Shown: positions 35,403-48,834 of the stretch, piece after piece
Layout: every line of letters begins with the position of its first letter
How positions within the stretch are numbered: position 1 is the stretch's first letter
From: Mobula hypostoma
Taxonomy: Eukaryota
Length of the DNA stretch: 64,000 bases
NCBI RefSeq assembly: GCF_963921235.1
Contig: NC_086097.1
Location: 30,258,001 to 30,322,000 of the forward strand
Direction of reading: 5' to 3'
Made by a program: the position numbers and the translations under genes
Notes under the pieces: generated by a model
What the model saw: the letters and a program-made list of their open reading frames with translations, nothing else
Told to the model about the DNA's origin: nothing
The model's database searches: none

Positions 35403-37838
35403 AATTGAGAAGCTTTTAAGAATCAACAGAAGGCCACTAAAAAGGCCACACAGAGAGAAAAGGTAAGCTAGGATATCAAAAGAGGATACCAAATGTTTTA
35501 ACAAGTATATAAACAGTAAAAGAGAAGCAAGCATGGATATTGGACTGCCGGAAAAAGATGCTGGAGAGGTATTAATGGGGACAAAGAAATGGCGGACAAA
35601 CTTACTAAGTAATTTGTGTCGGTCTTCACTATGGAAGATTCTAGCAGTAAGCTGAAAGTTTGAGAGTGTCGGGGGCAGAAGTGAGTGCAGTTACTATTAC
35701 TAGGGAGAAGATGTTTGGAAAATTGAGAAGTCTGAAGGTAGATAAGTAACCTGGACCAGATAGACTACACCCCAGGGTTCTGCAAGAGGTAGCTGAGTGA
35801 TTGGGGAGGCACTGGTAATGATTTCTCAAGAAGGAGGACTAGAAAATTGCAAATGCCACTCCACCCGTTAAGAAGAGAGGGAAGCAAAAGAAAGAAAGTT
35901 ATAGGCCAGTTAACCTGACTTCAGTGGTAGGGAAGATGTTGGAGTCCTTAATTAAGGATAAGGTTGGAGGCACATGATAAAATAGACTGAAGTCAGCATG
36001 ATTTCCTTGAGAGTAAATCTTGCCTGACAAATCTGTTAGAATTCTGAGGAGTTAACAGGCAGGATAGACAGTCGGGATGGTGTTTACTTGGATTTTCAGA
36101 AGGCCTTTGACAAGGTGCACACGTGAGTATGCTTAACAAGCTATGAGCTCATGGTATTACAGGAAAATTACCAGCAAGGATAGCAGATTGGCTCACCAGC
36201 AGGAAGCAAAGAGTGGGAATAAAGGGGGCCTTTTCTGGTTGGCTGCTGGTGACTAGTAGTGTGCATAGCCGTCGGTGTTGAGATCCGTTTCTGTCTTGCA
36301 TTATATGTTTAGATGACTGAATTGATAGCCTTGTAGCCAAGTTTGTGGATGTTACAGAATTAAGTGGAGTAGCAGGTAGTGTTGAGGAAGCAAGAAGTCT
36401 GCAGAAGGACTTAGAGAGACAGGAGAATGAGCAAAGAAATTGGAAATGGAATATATTGTAGAGAAGTGTATGGTCATGCACTTTGGTAGAAGGAATGAAG
36501 GTGTAGACTATTTTCTAAACAGGGAGAAAATTCAAAAATCAGAGATACAAAGTAAATTGGGAGTCCTTGTGCAAGATTCCGTGAAGATTATCTTGCAGGT
36601 TGAGTCGGTGATAAGGAAGGCAAATTCAATGTTAGCATTCATTTCAAGGGGACTAGAATATAAGAGCAAGGATGTAATGCTGAGGCTTTATAAGGCACTG
36701 GCCAGACCCCTCATAGAATTATGATCAGTTTTGGGCCCATTTTCTAAGAAGACATATGAGGACATTGGAGAGAGTTCAGAGGAGGTTCTTGAGAATGATT
36801 CTGGGAATTAAAGGATTAACATGTGAGGAGCATTTGATAGCTCTGGGCCTGTACTTGCTGGAGTTTAAAGAATGAGTGGGGATGTCATTGGGTTCTGCTG
36901 CACCCAGTGACCCTGCGATCTCTGTCTCCGAGGCTGATGTCAGGCTGCCTCTCACAAGGTGAGCCCTGACAAGGCAGTAAGCCCCGATGGGGTACCTGGT
37001 GAGGCTCTGAACACTTGTGCCAACCAACAGGTGGGAGCATTCAAGGATATTTCAATCTCTCACTGCTATGGTCGGAAGTTCCCACCTGCTTCAAAAGGGC
37101 AATAATTATACCAGTGCCCAAGAAGAGTAGTGTGAGCTGCCTTAATGACGATCACCCAGTAGCACTCACATCTACGGAAATGAAATACTTTGAGAAATTG
37201 TTCATGGCTAGAATCAACTACTGCCTGGACAATACGAACACCCATGTCAGGATGCTGTTCATCGACTACAGCTCAGCATTTAACACCATCATTCCCATGG
37301 TCCTGATTGAGAAGTTACAGAACCTGGGCCTCTGTATCTCCCTCTGCAATTGGATCCTCAACTTTCTAACCAGAAGACCACAATCTGTGTGGATTCGTGA
37401 TAACATATCCTTCTCGCTGACAATCAACACTGGCGCACCTCAGGGGTGTGTGCTTAGCCCAGAGCTCAACTCTCTCTATACCCATGACTGTGTGGCTAGG
37501 CATAGTTCAAATACCATCTATAAGTTTGCTGATGATACAACCATTGTTGGTAGAATCTCAGGTGGTGACGAGAGGGTGTACAGGAGTGAGATATACCAAC
37601 TGTGGAATGGTGTCACAGCAACAACCTGGCACTCAATGTCAGTAAGACAAAAGAGCTGATCGTGGACTTCAGGAAGGGTAAGATGAAGGAACACATATCG
37701 ATCCTCTTAGCGGGATCAGAAGCGGAGAGAGTGAACAGTTTCAAGTTCCTGTGTGTCAAGATCTCTGAGGTATCACTGTCTAGTATAGGGTGGAAGGATG
37801 CTTCTGCACAGGATCAAAAGAAGCTACAGAAAGTTATA

Positions 37839-38038
37839 GCAACACACATCAAAGTTGCTGGTGAACGCAGCAGGCCAAGCAGCATCTATAGGAAGAGGTA
37901 CAGTCTGTCCTGACGAAGGGTCTCGGCCTGAAACGTCGACTGCACCTCTTCCTATAGATGCTGCTTGGCCTGCTGCGTTCACCAGCAACTTTGATGTGTG
38001 TTGCTTGAATTTCCAGCATCTGCAGAATTCCTGTTGTT
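37839..38038 (+). mobile_element. 200-bp palindromic Penelope-like insertion
   Basis: 14-bp TSD tacagaaagttata; 67-bp inverted arms with one mismatch; central hammerhead core. Confidence 0.85.
37907..37940 (+). ncRNA. Minimal type I hammerhead ribozyme
   Basis: GUC-CUGACGA-AGGGUCUCGGCCU-GAAA-CGUC-GAC. Confidence 0.7.
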
Positions 38039-40516
38039 TACAGAAAGTTATAAATTAGTCAGCTCCATCTTGAGTACTAGCCTCCGTACTATCCAAGACA
38101 TTTTCAAGGAGTGGTGCCTCAGAAAAGCAATGACCATTATTAAGGACCCCAATCACCCAGGACATGCCCTCTTCTCATTGTTACCATCAAGAAGGAGGTA
38201 CAAGAGCCTGAAGGCACACACTCATTGATTCAGGAACAGCTTCATCCTCTCCTGCCATCTGATACCTAAATGCACATTGAACCCATGAACACTACCTCAC
38301 TTTTTTAATATTATTTCTGTTTTTGCACTGTTTGTAATGTAGCTATTTAATATACATATGCACACTTATTGTAATTGATTTACTTATTTTTTCTATATTA
38401 TCATGTATTGCATTGTACGGCTGCCAGTAAGTTAACAGATTTCATGACACATGCCGGTGACATTAAACCTGATATGATATTGAAAGGTCTAGAGAACACA
38501 GATATGAGGAGGATGTTTCCTGTTGTGGGTGCGTCTAGGACCAGAAAGCACAGCCTTAGAATACAAGGACATCCCTTTAGAACAGAGGCGAGGGGGATTT
38601 TTTTTGCCAGAGGGTAGTGAATCTGTGCAATTCATTGGGCTGTGGAGGCCAAGTTATAGAGTATATTAAAAGTGGAATATGATAGGGTTCTTGACTAGTC
38701 AGACAGTCAAAAGTTACGGTGAGAAAGCAGGAGAATGGGGTTGAGAGGGAAAATAAATCAGCCATGACAGAATGGTGGAGCAGACTCGATGGGCCGAATG
38801 GCCTAACTCCGCTTCTAAGTTTTATGGTCTTACAGGAGAAAATGGGATTAGTGTAAGCGAGTAGTTAGAGGTTGGCACAGACTTGGTGGGCTGAAGGGCA
38901 GGTGTCTGTCCTTTTCCGCTCCGTGACTCACCATCAAAGAGTCAACAGTGTTGCACAGCTTTGAAACAGGTCCTTCAGCCCAACTGGCCCAAGCCAAACA
39001 CAACGCCTTTGTGAGCTAGTTCCCGAGCTAGCCATGTTCGGCCCACTTCCCTCCAAACCTTTCCAATCTACGTACCTGTCCAAGTCCTTTTAAACATTGT
39101 GATTGGGACTAGCTAGGTGGGTCCCATGGTCAGCATGGGCTTTTTGGGCGAAAGGACCTCTATCCGTGCTGTATTGCTCTATGATACCTTGACTATTTAA
39201 TGGACATCTTGTATAAGATAGACTTGTCACCTCCCGTATCTCCCTCACCAGCAGTCTTGTGACTTATTGTCTGCCTGTACTGCACTTACTCTGTAACTGT
39301 AACACCTTATTCTGCACGCATACAACGCTGGAGGAACTCAGTGGGTCAGGCGGCCATCTATGGAGGGAAATGGACGATCTCTGCTGTGTCACGTTCTGCA
39401 TTCTGTTATTGCTCTTCCTCGATGTGCCGAGGTGATGATTTGATAGCATGCAAAACACTGTAGCTCAGTACATGTGATAAAAATAAACCAATTTACCAGT
39501 TTAATTCACCAACTCGACTGGGTGGGGCCAATTAGGATTACAATTTCCAAAACATACTAACATTCATAGATCCCTCAAAGATGCAGCTCAAGGTTTTTAA
39601 AACTTATTTAAATAGAGATTCACCAACGTGCCACATCACCCAGCAGCCCATCTATTTAACCCTAACCTAATCAATGACTAATTAACCTCCTAACCAGCAT
39701 GTCTTATAAGGACAGGTTGAGTGAGCTAGGGCTTTTCTCTTTGGAGTGAAGAGTGGAGAGTCAGAGACTTCTTCCCAGAGCACAAATGACTAATACAATG
39801 GGCATAGTTTTAAGATTGGAGGGAAGTATAGGGAGGATATCAGAGACAGGCACCTAATGAATATTATAGGCACCAGAAGGCAGAATCTGACATCAGAGTC
39901 AGAATCAGTTTTAATATCACCACAAATTTCATTGCATGTGTCGGTGATATCAAATCCGATTCTGATTCACAGTTGGAGCATTGTGAGCAGTTTTGGTCCA
40001 GTCTCTAATAAGGATATGACAGCATTGGAGAGTGTCCACAGGAGATTCATGAGAATAATCGTAAGGAAGGATGGAGTTTGCAGAAGGACTCAGACATATT
40101 AGGAGAATGGGCAAAGAAGTGGCAGATGGAATATAGTGAAGGGAAGTGTATGGACATGCACTTTGGTAAAGGAATAAAGGTATAGATTATTTTCTAAAAG
40201 GGGGGATAATTCATATATCAGATGTGCCAAGGGACTTGGCAGTCCTCATGCAGGTTTCCCTAATGGTTAATATGTAGGTTGAATCAGTGGTGAGGAAGAC
40301 AAATGTGATGTTCGCATTCATTTCAAGACAACTAGAATATAAAAGCAATGATGTAAAGTTGAGGCTTTATAAGGCATTGGTCAGACCGCACTTGGAGTAT
40401 CATGAATAACTTTGTGCCCCTTATCTCAGAAAAGGTGTGCTGGCATTGGAGTGAGTCCAGAGGAGGTTCACAAAAATAAACCCAGGAATGAAAGGGTTAA
40501 CGTATGTGGACATTTG

Positions 40517-41240
40517 CTGCGGTGAACCCGGCACCCACGCAAGGGCGGAGACACACTCAGGTTCCCACCGATCGTACCTTTACACCCTGTGAGCCTCTGA
40601 TCAGTTCCCGCGAACTGGTCCTTCAAACTCTCACCAACTTGTGGGGGCACACCACTCTTTCCAGGGCTTTGTGGCGTGTCGTGCCTTAGCAAACCTGCTC
40701 TTTTTATCCCCCTGCTGGGGTATCACCTGTCCATCAAACTTCAAACAGTTCAGGTTCAAAGCAAACGGTCTATCAATATCTGAATTGTGTTTCTTTCTCG
40801 TTAATCTCTCTCTTCTCTCTTATTAGCATTTTGAATGTTTCTCCATTGTCTTCCGTTATCTCTCTCATTAGCATCATCCGTCCGGTAGCTCTGCTTGGCA
40901 TCACACATGACACCCCACCTTTTAAAGGATTTTTACCAGGGTAAAAATTATGGGCATGAATGCACATTATAGGATACACACTAATATACAGGTAGTCATC
41001 AGCTATTTGGCTAATACAGAGAACTTTAAGTTTTAACACCTTGACGGACAATCAGCAATCCCATTGTCCGTTCCTTTTATATGTTTTATCTTAATATCAA
41101 ATTCCTGTAACACCAGGCTCCAATTTAGTAAGCTTTTTTTTAATCCTTCATTGTGACCAAAAACACAAATGGATTGTGATCAGTGTAAATTATCAGTGGT
41201 TTCAGTGCCGGACAAATATAAACCTCAAAATGTTGTAATG
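40517..41240 (-). mobile_element. Gypsy fragment: RNase H end, polypurine tract and partial 3' LTR
   Basis: HFEVY...IYTDHNP motif; similar to 51690-52270 of Gypsy element 2. Confidence 0.85.
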
Positions 41241-41251
41241 TTTCTTCAGTT

Positions 41252-41287
41252 AGTCCTGACGAAGGGTCTCGGCCTGAAACATCGACT
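41252..41287 (+). ncRNA. Hammerhead ribozyme motif (helix III variant) in a Penelope-like terminus
   Basis: AGUC-CUGACGA-AGGGUCUCGGCCU-GAAA-CAUC-GACU. Confidence 0.65.
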
Positions 41288-42223
41288 GTACCCTTTCCTA
41301 GAGATGCTGCCTGGCCTGCTGCGTTCACCAGCAACTTTGATGTGTGTTGCTTGAATTTCCAGCATCTGCAGAATTCCTCGTATATGTGGACATTTGATGG
41401 CTCTGGATCTGTACTCAATGGAGTTTAGAAGAATGAGTGGAGATCTTATAGAAACCAACCAAATATTGAAAGGCCGAGATAGAGTGGATGTGGAGAGGAT
41501 GATTCCAATAGTAAAGGAGTCTAGGACCAGAGGACACAGCCTCAGAATAGAAGGACATCCCTTTAGAACAGAGATGGGAAGGGATTTCTTTAGCCAGACT
41601 ATTGAATGTTTCCCAATTAAGATAAAATAAACTCCTGACCTCACAATCTACCTCATTGTTATCACCTTGCACCTTATTGTCTGCCTGCACTGCACTTTCT
41701 CTTTAACTGTGACACTTAATTCTGCATTCTGTTATTGATTTCCTTTGTACTACCTCAATATACTGTTGTAATGAATTGGTCTCTATGAACAGTACACAAG
41801 GTAAGTTTTCTCTGTACTTCATACATGTGACAATAATAAATTGGTTTATCAAGAGTTTATCTTCTAGCACAGAATAGGTCCTTTCAAGAGTCTGACAACA
41901 TCGGGGTAGAAGCTGTTGTTGTGCCTGGTTGTACTTGCTTTCTGCTTTTGTATCTCTGCCCAATGAAAGAGGGAGGAAGAAAGAACTTCTCGTGTAGGTG
42001 AGGTCTTTGATTATACTGGCTGCTTTACCAAGGCGGCGAGAAGCGTAGACAGAGTCCGCGGAGAGAAGGCTGGTTTCTGTGATGTGCTGAGCTGTGTTCA
42101 CAATTCTTGCGGTCATGGGCAGAGCAGTAGCCATGGTGCACCTGGACAGGATGTTTTCTAAGGAGCCTCTGTAGAAGTTAGTGTAGGCCAATGAGGACAT
42201 ATCAAATTTCTTACAGTGCAGAG

Positions 42224-42287
42224 CAGGGTTTCCTCACCTTTTTATGCCATGGAGCCTTACCATTAACTGAGGGGTCCTGAACCCCTA
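42224..42287. mobile_element. hAT-type MITE, same family as 20126-20205, opposite orientation
   Basis: Perfect 8-bp TSD gtgcagag; internal sequence is the reverse complement of the other copy. Confidence 0.75.
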
Positions 42288-42447
42288 GTGCAGAGAGAGC
42301 TTTACTCTGTGTCTAACTTCAGGGCTGTGAAATAGTTTTAAGTTCAAAGTAAATACATAAGCAAAGTATAAATATGTTACTATTTACTATCCAGGGATTC
42401 ATTCTCTTGCAGGCATTCGAAGTCGAACAAGGAAATACAATAGAATT

Positions 42448-42783
42448 GTATTGATCGTGTGGATAGTCAGAGGCTTTTCCCCAGGGCTGAAATAGCTAGC
42501 ACGAGAGGACACAGTTTTAAGGTGCTGGGGGGTAGGTACAGAGGAGATGTCAGGGGGAAGTTTTTTACATAGAGAGTGGTGAGTGCGTGGAATGGGCGGC
42601 CGGCCACGGTGGTGGAAGCGGATACGATAGGGTCTTTTAAGAGACTCCTGGACAGGTACATGGAGCTCAGAAAGATAGAGGGCTATGGGTAACCCTAGGT
42701 AATTTCTAAAGTAATGTCATGTTTGACACAGCATTGTGGACCAAAGGGCCTGTATTGTGATGTAAGTTTTCTATGTTTCTATG
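42448..42783 (+). mobile_element. CR1 3' fragment
   Basis: Closely matches 7384-7710. Confidence 0.85.
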
Positions 42784-43502
42784 AATCAATGAAGAACTAC
42801 ATACAAGAATGGACAAACGACAGATGTGCAATAGAAGACAAACAATGCAAATACAAAAAGATCAGTTTGTAGGACAGTGTAGAGGGAGCCTCACTCTGTG
42901 GTTCTATGTAAATCAGGCAGGATGTTTGCATATTTTCCTAGAAGCAACATTTATTGCAAAAAAAAGCTTATAATACCCATAAAGATTTTTATCAATTACC
43001 ACACTCATCAATTTTGCACAGACTCTCAAAGTAGAGACCAGCCAGTTCTATACCTGCGGGGACTGAGGGGTTAACATGCAGCTGACTGCAATGATTGATG
43101 AACTTCTTATGAAATCCTGATAGAAGATATCGGCCCTTGCTGTTTGCGACTTGCATTTCATTCTGTATCAAGAATGAAGTTTATTTTCTTAATTTAAAAA
43201 AAATGCCACCTCTCACCAACAGGTACCAAGACCTTGCTTGGCTGGCGGTGGGAGGGGTTTCTCCCAGTCAGAGCCTTCCTGCATGGTTGGAACTTCTCTC
43301 CCGGAGACGAGGTTTCCACTCAGACTGACTGCCTGGTGATATTCGGGGGGTATGCCCATGCCTGGGTAGATATGGATAAAGAGCACATGGCATCCACGCA
43401 TAATGCTGTTGTGCTTCAGGACCATTGGGCACCACAGGAATTAAATGGCCTGCGATGAGGACAGGAATCTGTTAGTTAGTCCATGTTAGTCATGATTTGT
43501 CT

Positions 43503-43791
43503 GTGATGTACTGGGGGTATGTCCGTGCCTGGTGATGTTCTGGGGGTATATCCATACCTGCTGATGTTCTGGGGGTATGTCCGTGCCTGGTGATGTTCTG
43601 GGGGTATCTCTGTGCCTGGTGATGTTCTGGGGGTATATCCATACCTGCTGATGTTCTGGGGGTATGTCCGTGCCTGGTGATGTACTCGGGGTATGTCCGT
43701 GCCTGGTGATGTTCTGGGGGTATCTCCGTGCCTGCTGATGTTCTGGGGGTATGTCTGTGCCTGGTGATGTTTTGGGGGTAAATCCGTGCCT
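43503..43791. repeat. 29-bp minisatellite, about 10 copies
   Basis: Unit ggtgatgttctgggggtatgtccgtgcct. Confidence 0.95.
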
Positions 43792-43935
43792 GAGTAACAG
43801 TGGAAAGGGAACATGCAATTGCCAGGGGTACCAATGAGGTGTTCCGGAGGGGACCTTAGGGAATAAACACTATTCTGGATAGAGATGGGAACATTTGAAT
43901 TTAGTTTAGTTTGTGTTAGTCACTGTTTTTGTGTG

Positions 43936-44100
43936 CACTCAGTGGCCACTTTATTAGGAATCCCCTGTTCGTCGTCTTCTGCTGTTGTACCCCATCCGTG
44001 TCAAGGTTCGACATGTTGTGCATTCAGAGCTGGTCTCCTGCACACCGCTGTTGTAATATGTGGTTATTTGAGTTACTGTCGCCTTCCTGTCAGCTTGAAC
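43936..44100. mobile_element. Tc1/mariner-like terminal fragment
   Basis: CACTCAGTGGCCACTTTATTAGG resembles a Tc1-type terminal inverted repeat. Confidence 0.55.
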
Positions 44101-46959
44101 CACACCTGGTGGTTAAGAAGTCATATGGCACTGTGTTTGCAGAATGGATTAGTTTAGTTGGCTATTTGATTACTAGTTGGTTTGGCACAGCATTGTGAGC
44201 TGAAGGGTGTGTTTCTGTGCTGTGCTGTACCGTTCTAAGTCCTTATCTTAGTACCATCTCCCACTCCCCACAACCCGTGCTCCTCACTCCTTCCCAGAAT
44301 GAGGGCAATTTGAGACTCTATATCTTGCCCTGGAGACGGTCTGGATGAAGCTTACAGGACAGATCTCAGGAGTGAAAGGTTTGGCCTATGACGTTGATGC
44401 TTGTACTCGATGGCGTTCAGAAGGATGGCGGGAGGTGGGCAGAGTGTCTCATTGAAACATTCCAGTTACTGAAGTGGCTGAATAGAACATAGAACTAGCC
44501 CTTCAGCTCACAACGTTGAGCGACCCATATAAATCTTTTCCACCATCAGCCTAACCCTCCCCTCCTACACAGCCCACAACCCTGCGTTTTTTATAGCCAT
44601 GTGCCTGTGTAAGTGTCTTAAAAGTCCCCAGTTCACTTGTCTCTACCACCTTCCCCCAGTAGTGCGATCCAGGCATCCAGCCCTCTGTGTACCAGGATAC
44701 TGTCTGGATTAGAGAGCATGTTTGATTAAGCATTCTTGCTTGTTTAAATAATTAATTACAGGCTATATGCAAAAGTACGTTAATTGCATATAAGGCTAAA
44801 GTAAAGTCAAAGTTACACCCGTATTTTCAGACTCCCATGTTTTTCTTTGAATTAGTTTATAGTTTTGAAGTTACAAAACATAACGCACATCCTTCCTGTA
44901 ATGGGGCAACCAGAAATGAGCACAATACTCCAGTGTGGTCTAACCAGAATTTTATACATGACCTTGCAGCCCTTGAACTCAATTGCCCAACTAATGAAGG
45001 CCAACACACCATACACGCTTTCTTTGGCACTCTATCAACTTGAACGGCAGAGTTCACATGGAGAGGATGTTTCTAATAGTGGGAGCATCTGAAACCTCAG
45101 AATAAAGGGATGTCCCTTTAGAACAGAGTTGAGGGGGAGTTTCTTTAGCCAGAGTGTAGTAAATGTACAGAACTTGTTGCCACGGGGTCCCTTGGAGGAA
45201 AGGCCCTTGTATTTAAGGCAGAGACTGATATGTTCTTTATTGGTAAGGGGTTAAGCATTCAGAGATAAGGCAGGAGAATGGAGTTTTAAAAAATCAGCCA
45301 TGATTGAATAGTGGAGCAGATACAGTGGACCAAATAGCCTTATTCTGCTCTTGTGTCTTAGGGCTCCCACCAAATGCATGTCGTCTGCAAACTTGGAGCA
45401 TTCTTTATATTTAATGGATGTGAACTTCACCGGCTGAGCCAGCATTCCTAGTTGCCCTTGAGAAGGTGATGGAGAGCTTACTTAACAGATGAGGTGATTG
45501 TGTTCTGTCTCAGTGGTTTTAAGTGACTCTGGGGAAGCTCCTCCTCGAAAGGGAGCTGAATTCTCTTGAGTTCTTGATAAACCAGATGGAGAGAAGTTAG
45601 TGCTGTGAGAGCAAGGTCATCAGGTTTGATCTTCCTGAGGAGCGAGCAGCCAAGTTACCTGCTCCTGTTCCTAGTATGGGCGTAAAGTCCCTGGGGTCAG
45701 AGGTCAATGAGAGCCCAGAGGTCAAATCCTGAAGATCAAACCTGTATAGGCTATCCCTGGGTTTGGCGCCCAAAGATTGAACCGATGAGCAGAGTGTCCT
45801 TGGATTGATACCCAGAGACTGGCAAAGTCCAGTGGACAAAGCCGAAGGTCAAGTCCAGAATTCAGCGAGTCTGGAGGTAGAAGCCTGATGTCTGCAGGTC
45901 TGGGCCAGGTCTGGAGGCCTGACACCTGCAAATCTGAGAGTCTGGGCCAAGGACTGGAAGCCCAGAGGCAACCAGCTAGCCCTGGGGATGGAGGCCTGTC
46001 TTTTGTGGGTGGGTGGACATATGTGAAAGGATGTGTGTGTGTTTTGTTGTTGTTGTTGCTGCTTGTGTTGTTCTGCTGAACATCGTGAGCATGTTATGTT
46101 GACACCAGAATGTGTGGTGACACTTGTGGACTTCCCCAGCACACCCTTGTAGGTTATTAGCACCAATGACGCGTTTTACTGGATGTTGTGATGTGCCTGA
46201 TAATCTGAATCCTACAGCACAGAACAGAGCTTTCAGCTCAGCTTGTCTGTGCCCACCAAGATGCCCATCTCAGCTTGTTCCATTTGCCCAGACCACTCTA
46301 AACCTCTCATCCATATACCTATCCAAGTGTCTTTTGTTGTTTTCATTCCCACCTCTACCACTTCCTCTGGCAGCTGAATCCATACACCAACCATCTTCTG
46401 GGTGAAAAAGTTGCCTCTCAGAATTCTATTAAATCTCTCCCCTCTCAATTTAAACTTCCACCCTCCAGTTCTTTTGCCTAACCCTGGGGAAAAGGCTGTG
46501 CACATTCACCCTATATACACCCTTATGATTGTATCACCTCTATAAGGTCACATGGGTCAAAAATCGAATAACATGGCTGATGCTGACATCTCGGGAATAG
46601 GACCATTACCCTCCTGTTTTAGGGTAAAAGTCACAGAGGAATACAGCACAGATACAGGCTCCTTCAGCGCAACCAATCTATGCCAACCACAGTGTCCACC
46701 AAACTGCTCACCAATCTATGCCAACCAAACTGCTCCCAGCTTCATGGATTCAATCCATATCCTTCCAAGTCCTTCTTAAATGATGTTATTGTACCTGCCT
46801 CAACCACTCCCTCTGGCAGCTCGTTCCATACACTCACCACCCTCTGCATGGAAAAGCTGCCCCTCAGGTCTCTTAAGTTTCTGCACTCTTTCCAGTTTAA
46901 ACACATCTCTACAACAGCTTGGTAAAACTGTACGCAGTGCTCCCATGTAGCTTCAATGA

Positions 46960-47725
46960 CAGTGTAGGGAAGTGTATGGTTATGCACTTTGAAAGAAGGA
47001 ATAAAGGCAGAGACTATTTTCTAAATGGGGAGAAAATTCAAAAATCAGAGGTGCAAAGACACTTGTGAGTCTTCTTGCAGGATTCCCTGAAGGATAACTT
47101 ATAGGTTGAGTCAATGGTAAGGAAGGCAAATGCAATGTTAGCATTCAATTGAGAGGCTGAGAATATAAAAGCAAGAATGCAATGCTGAGGCTTTATAAAG
47201 CATTGGTCAGATTACACTTGGAGTGTCATGAGTAACTTTGGAGCCCTTATCTAAGAAAGGATGTGCTCGCATTAGAGAGAGTCCAGAGGAGCTCCACGAG
47301 AATTATTCTGGAATGAGGAGTGTTTAATGGCTCTGGGCCTGTACTTGCTGGAGTTTAGAAGAATGGGGTTGGGAGGGGCCTCATTGAAATCTGCCAAATA
47401 TTGAAAGACTGAGATAGAGTAGAATTGGAGGGGATGTTTCCTGCAGTGGGGGTGTCTAGGACCAGAAGGCACAGCCTCAGAATAAAGGGATGTCCCTTTA
47501 GGACAGAGAGGAGGAGGAATTTCTTTAGCCAGGGGTGGTGAATCTGTGGAATTCATTGCCATAGATGGCTGTGGAGACCAAGTCACTGGGTATATTTAAA
47601 ACTCTGGTTAATATGTAAGGGTGTAAAAGGTTATGAGGAGAAAGCGGGAGAAACGGTTTGAGAGGGATAATAAATCAGCCATGGTGGAATGAGCATACTC
47701 ATAGGCCAAATGCCCTTATTCTGCT
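46960..47725 (+). mobile_element. Degraded CR1 3' region
   Basis: Similar to 36450-36880 joined to 38475-38830. Confidence 0.8.
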
Positions 47726-47843
47726 CCTAAGTCTTATGGTCTATTTCAGCTGCAACGTAACGCCTCATCTCCGATACTCACTGCCCGGCTGATGGGGGCC
47801 AGTCTTTTTCACCGCCCAGTCTACCTGTGATGCCACCGTCAGT

Positions 47844-48735
47844 TGTGACGAAAGTACGCATAGACTAAGATGTTAACTGTCCTGTGCTGGCACCAGTGGG
47901 ATCAGCAGTTGGTCTGCCACCTGTCTTCAGGAGAGAGAGAGATAAGGAAAACAATGGAGCAGCATTTGGAGATGTTAATTAAGGGACGGAAGGAGAGCTG
48001 TCAAGATCGGCCCCCCCTTTGAACCCTGAACTGTTTGAAGTGATGGACAGGCGATACCCCAGCAGGGGGATAAAAAGGGACAGGTTCGCTAAGGCAAGAC
48101 ACACACGACACCCCAAGGTAACGGTACCCTGGAAGCGGTGCGTCTCCCACAAGTCGGTGGGAGGTTTTGGAGGGCTGGTCGCGGGACCTAGCCATAGACG
48201 CACAGGGTGGAAAGGTACGATCGGCGGGAACCTGGTGTGTGTCCGCCCTTGCCTGGGTGCCAGGTTTCACCGCAGAGAAACGATCGTATCTGGAAACGGG
48301 GGGGGGTCACAGTCGGTGACCTCAGAAGACATCACAAAGGGCTCACCCGAAAGCTGACTGCGAAGAATATTGAAGGTCTGTGTGGAAGCCGTTTGAATAT
48401 TCATTCGTTTTTGCTCTCTCTCTCCTTCCCCCCACTGTCCATCTCCCACGGCAGTGATTACTGTGAACTGAACTGAACTCAATTGAACTGAACTTTGCGT
48501 CACTTTGAAACTGGTCATTTACCCCTAGACAACAATAGAGCTTGATTAATCCTGTTATCCTAATTCTGTGTACATGTGTGTTTATCATTGCTGAACTGTG
48601 GCATTCATTATCCTTTTGATTAGAGTACTGTGTTGCTTGTTTCTTTAATAAAACTTCCTTAGTTCTAGTAATCCAGACTCCAGCTGAGTGATCCATTTCT
48701 GCTGGTTTGGCAACCCAGTTACGAGGTACGTAACA
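47844..48735 (+). repeat. 5' LTR of Gypsy element 2
   Basis: Direct repeat of 51909-52718. Confidence 0.95.
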
Positions 48736-48739
48736 TAAG

Positions 48740-48758
48740 TGGGGTTCTCGTCCGTGAT
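48740..48758 (+). promoter_or_regulatory. Primer binding site, tRNA-Pro-like
   Basis: TGGGGTTCTCGTCCGTGAT compared with canonical TGGGGGCTCGTCCGGGAT. Confidence 0.65.
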
Positions 48759-48834
48759 TTTGAACGCTAAATTTGGGACGGAGTAAATTGATTGGGTTAA
48801 AATTCCCGAAAGAAAGAAAAGACAAACAGCAGGA

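Larger units (their letters stand above)
36885..38470 (+). mobile_element. Rex1/Babar RT nested in CR1
   Basis: [23 protein letters not shown] and KFADD motifs. Confidence 0.85.
33870..38830 (+). mobile_element. Degraded CR1 ORF2 with nested Rex1-like insertions
   Basis: YDVVGITES, SDH and KVLIIDAR-type endonuclease remnants, RT remnants, and a 3' end that resumes at about 38475. Confidence 0.8.
40070..41600 (+). mobile_element. Degraded CR1 3' region, host of the 40517-41382 cassette
   Basis: CR1 C-terminal motifs continue on both sides of the insertion. Confidence 0.8.

Noticed and set aside
43234..43458. Protein-like 74-aa ORF on the plus strand
   Set aside because: No recognisable homology, a weak acceptor, and no partner exons found
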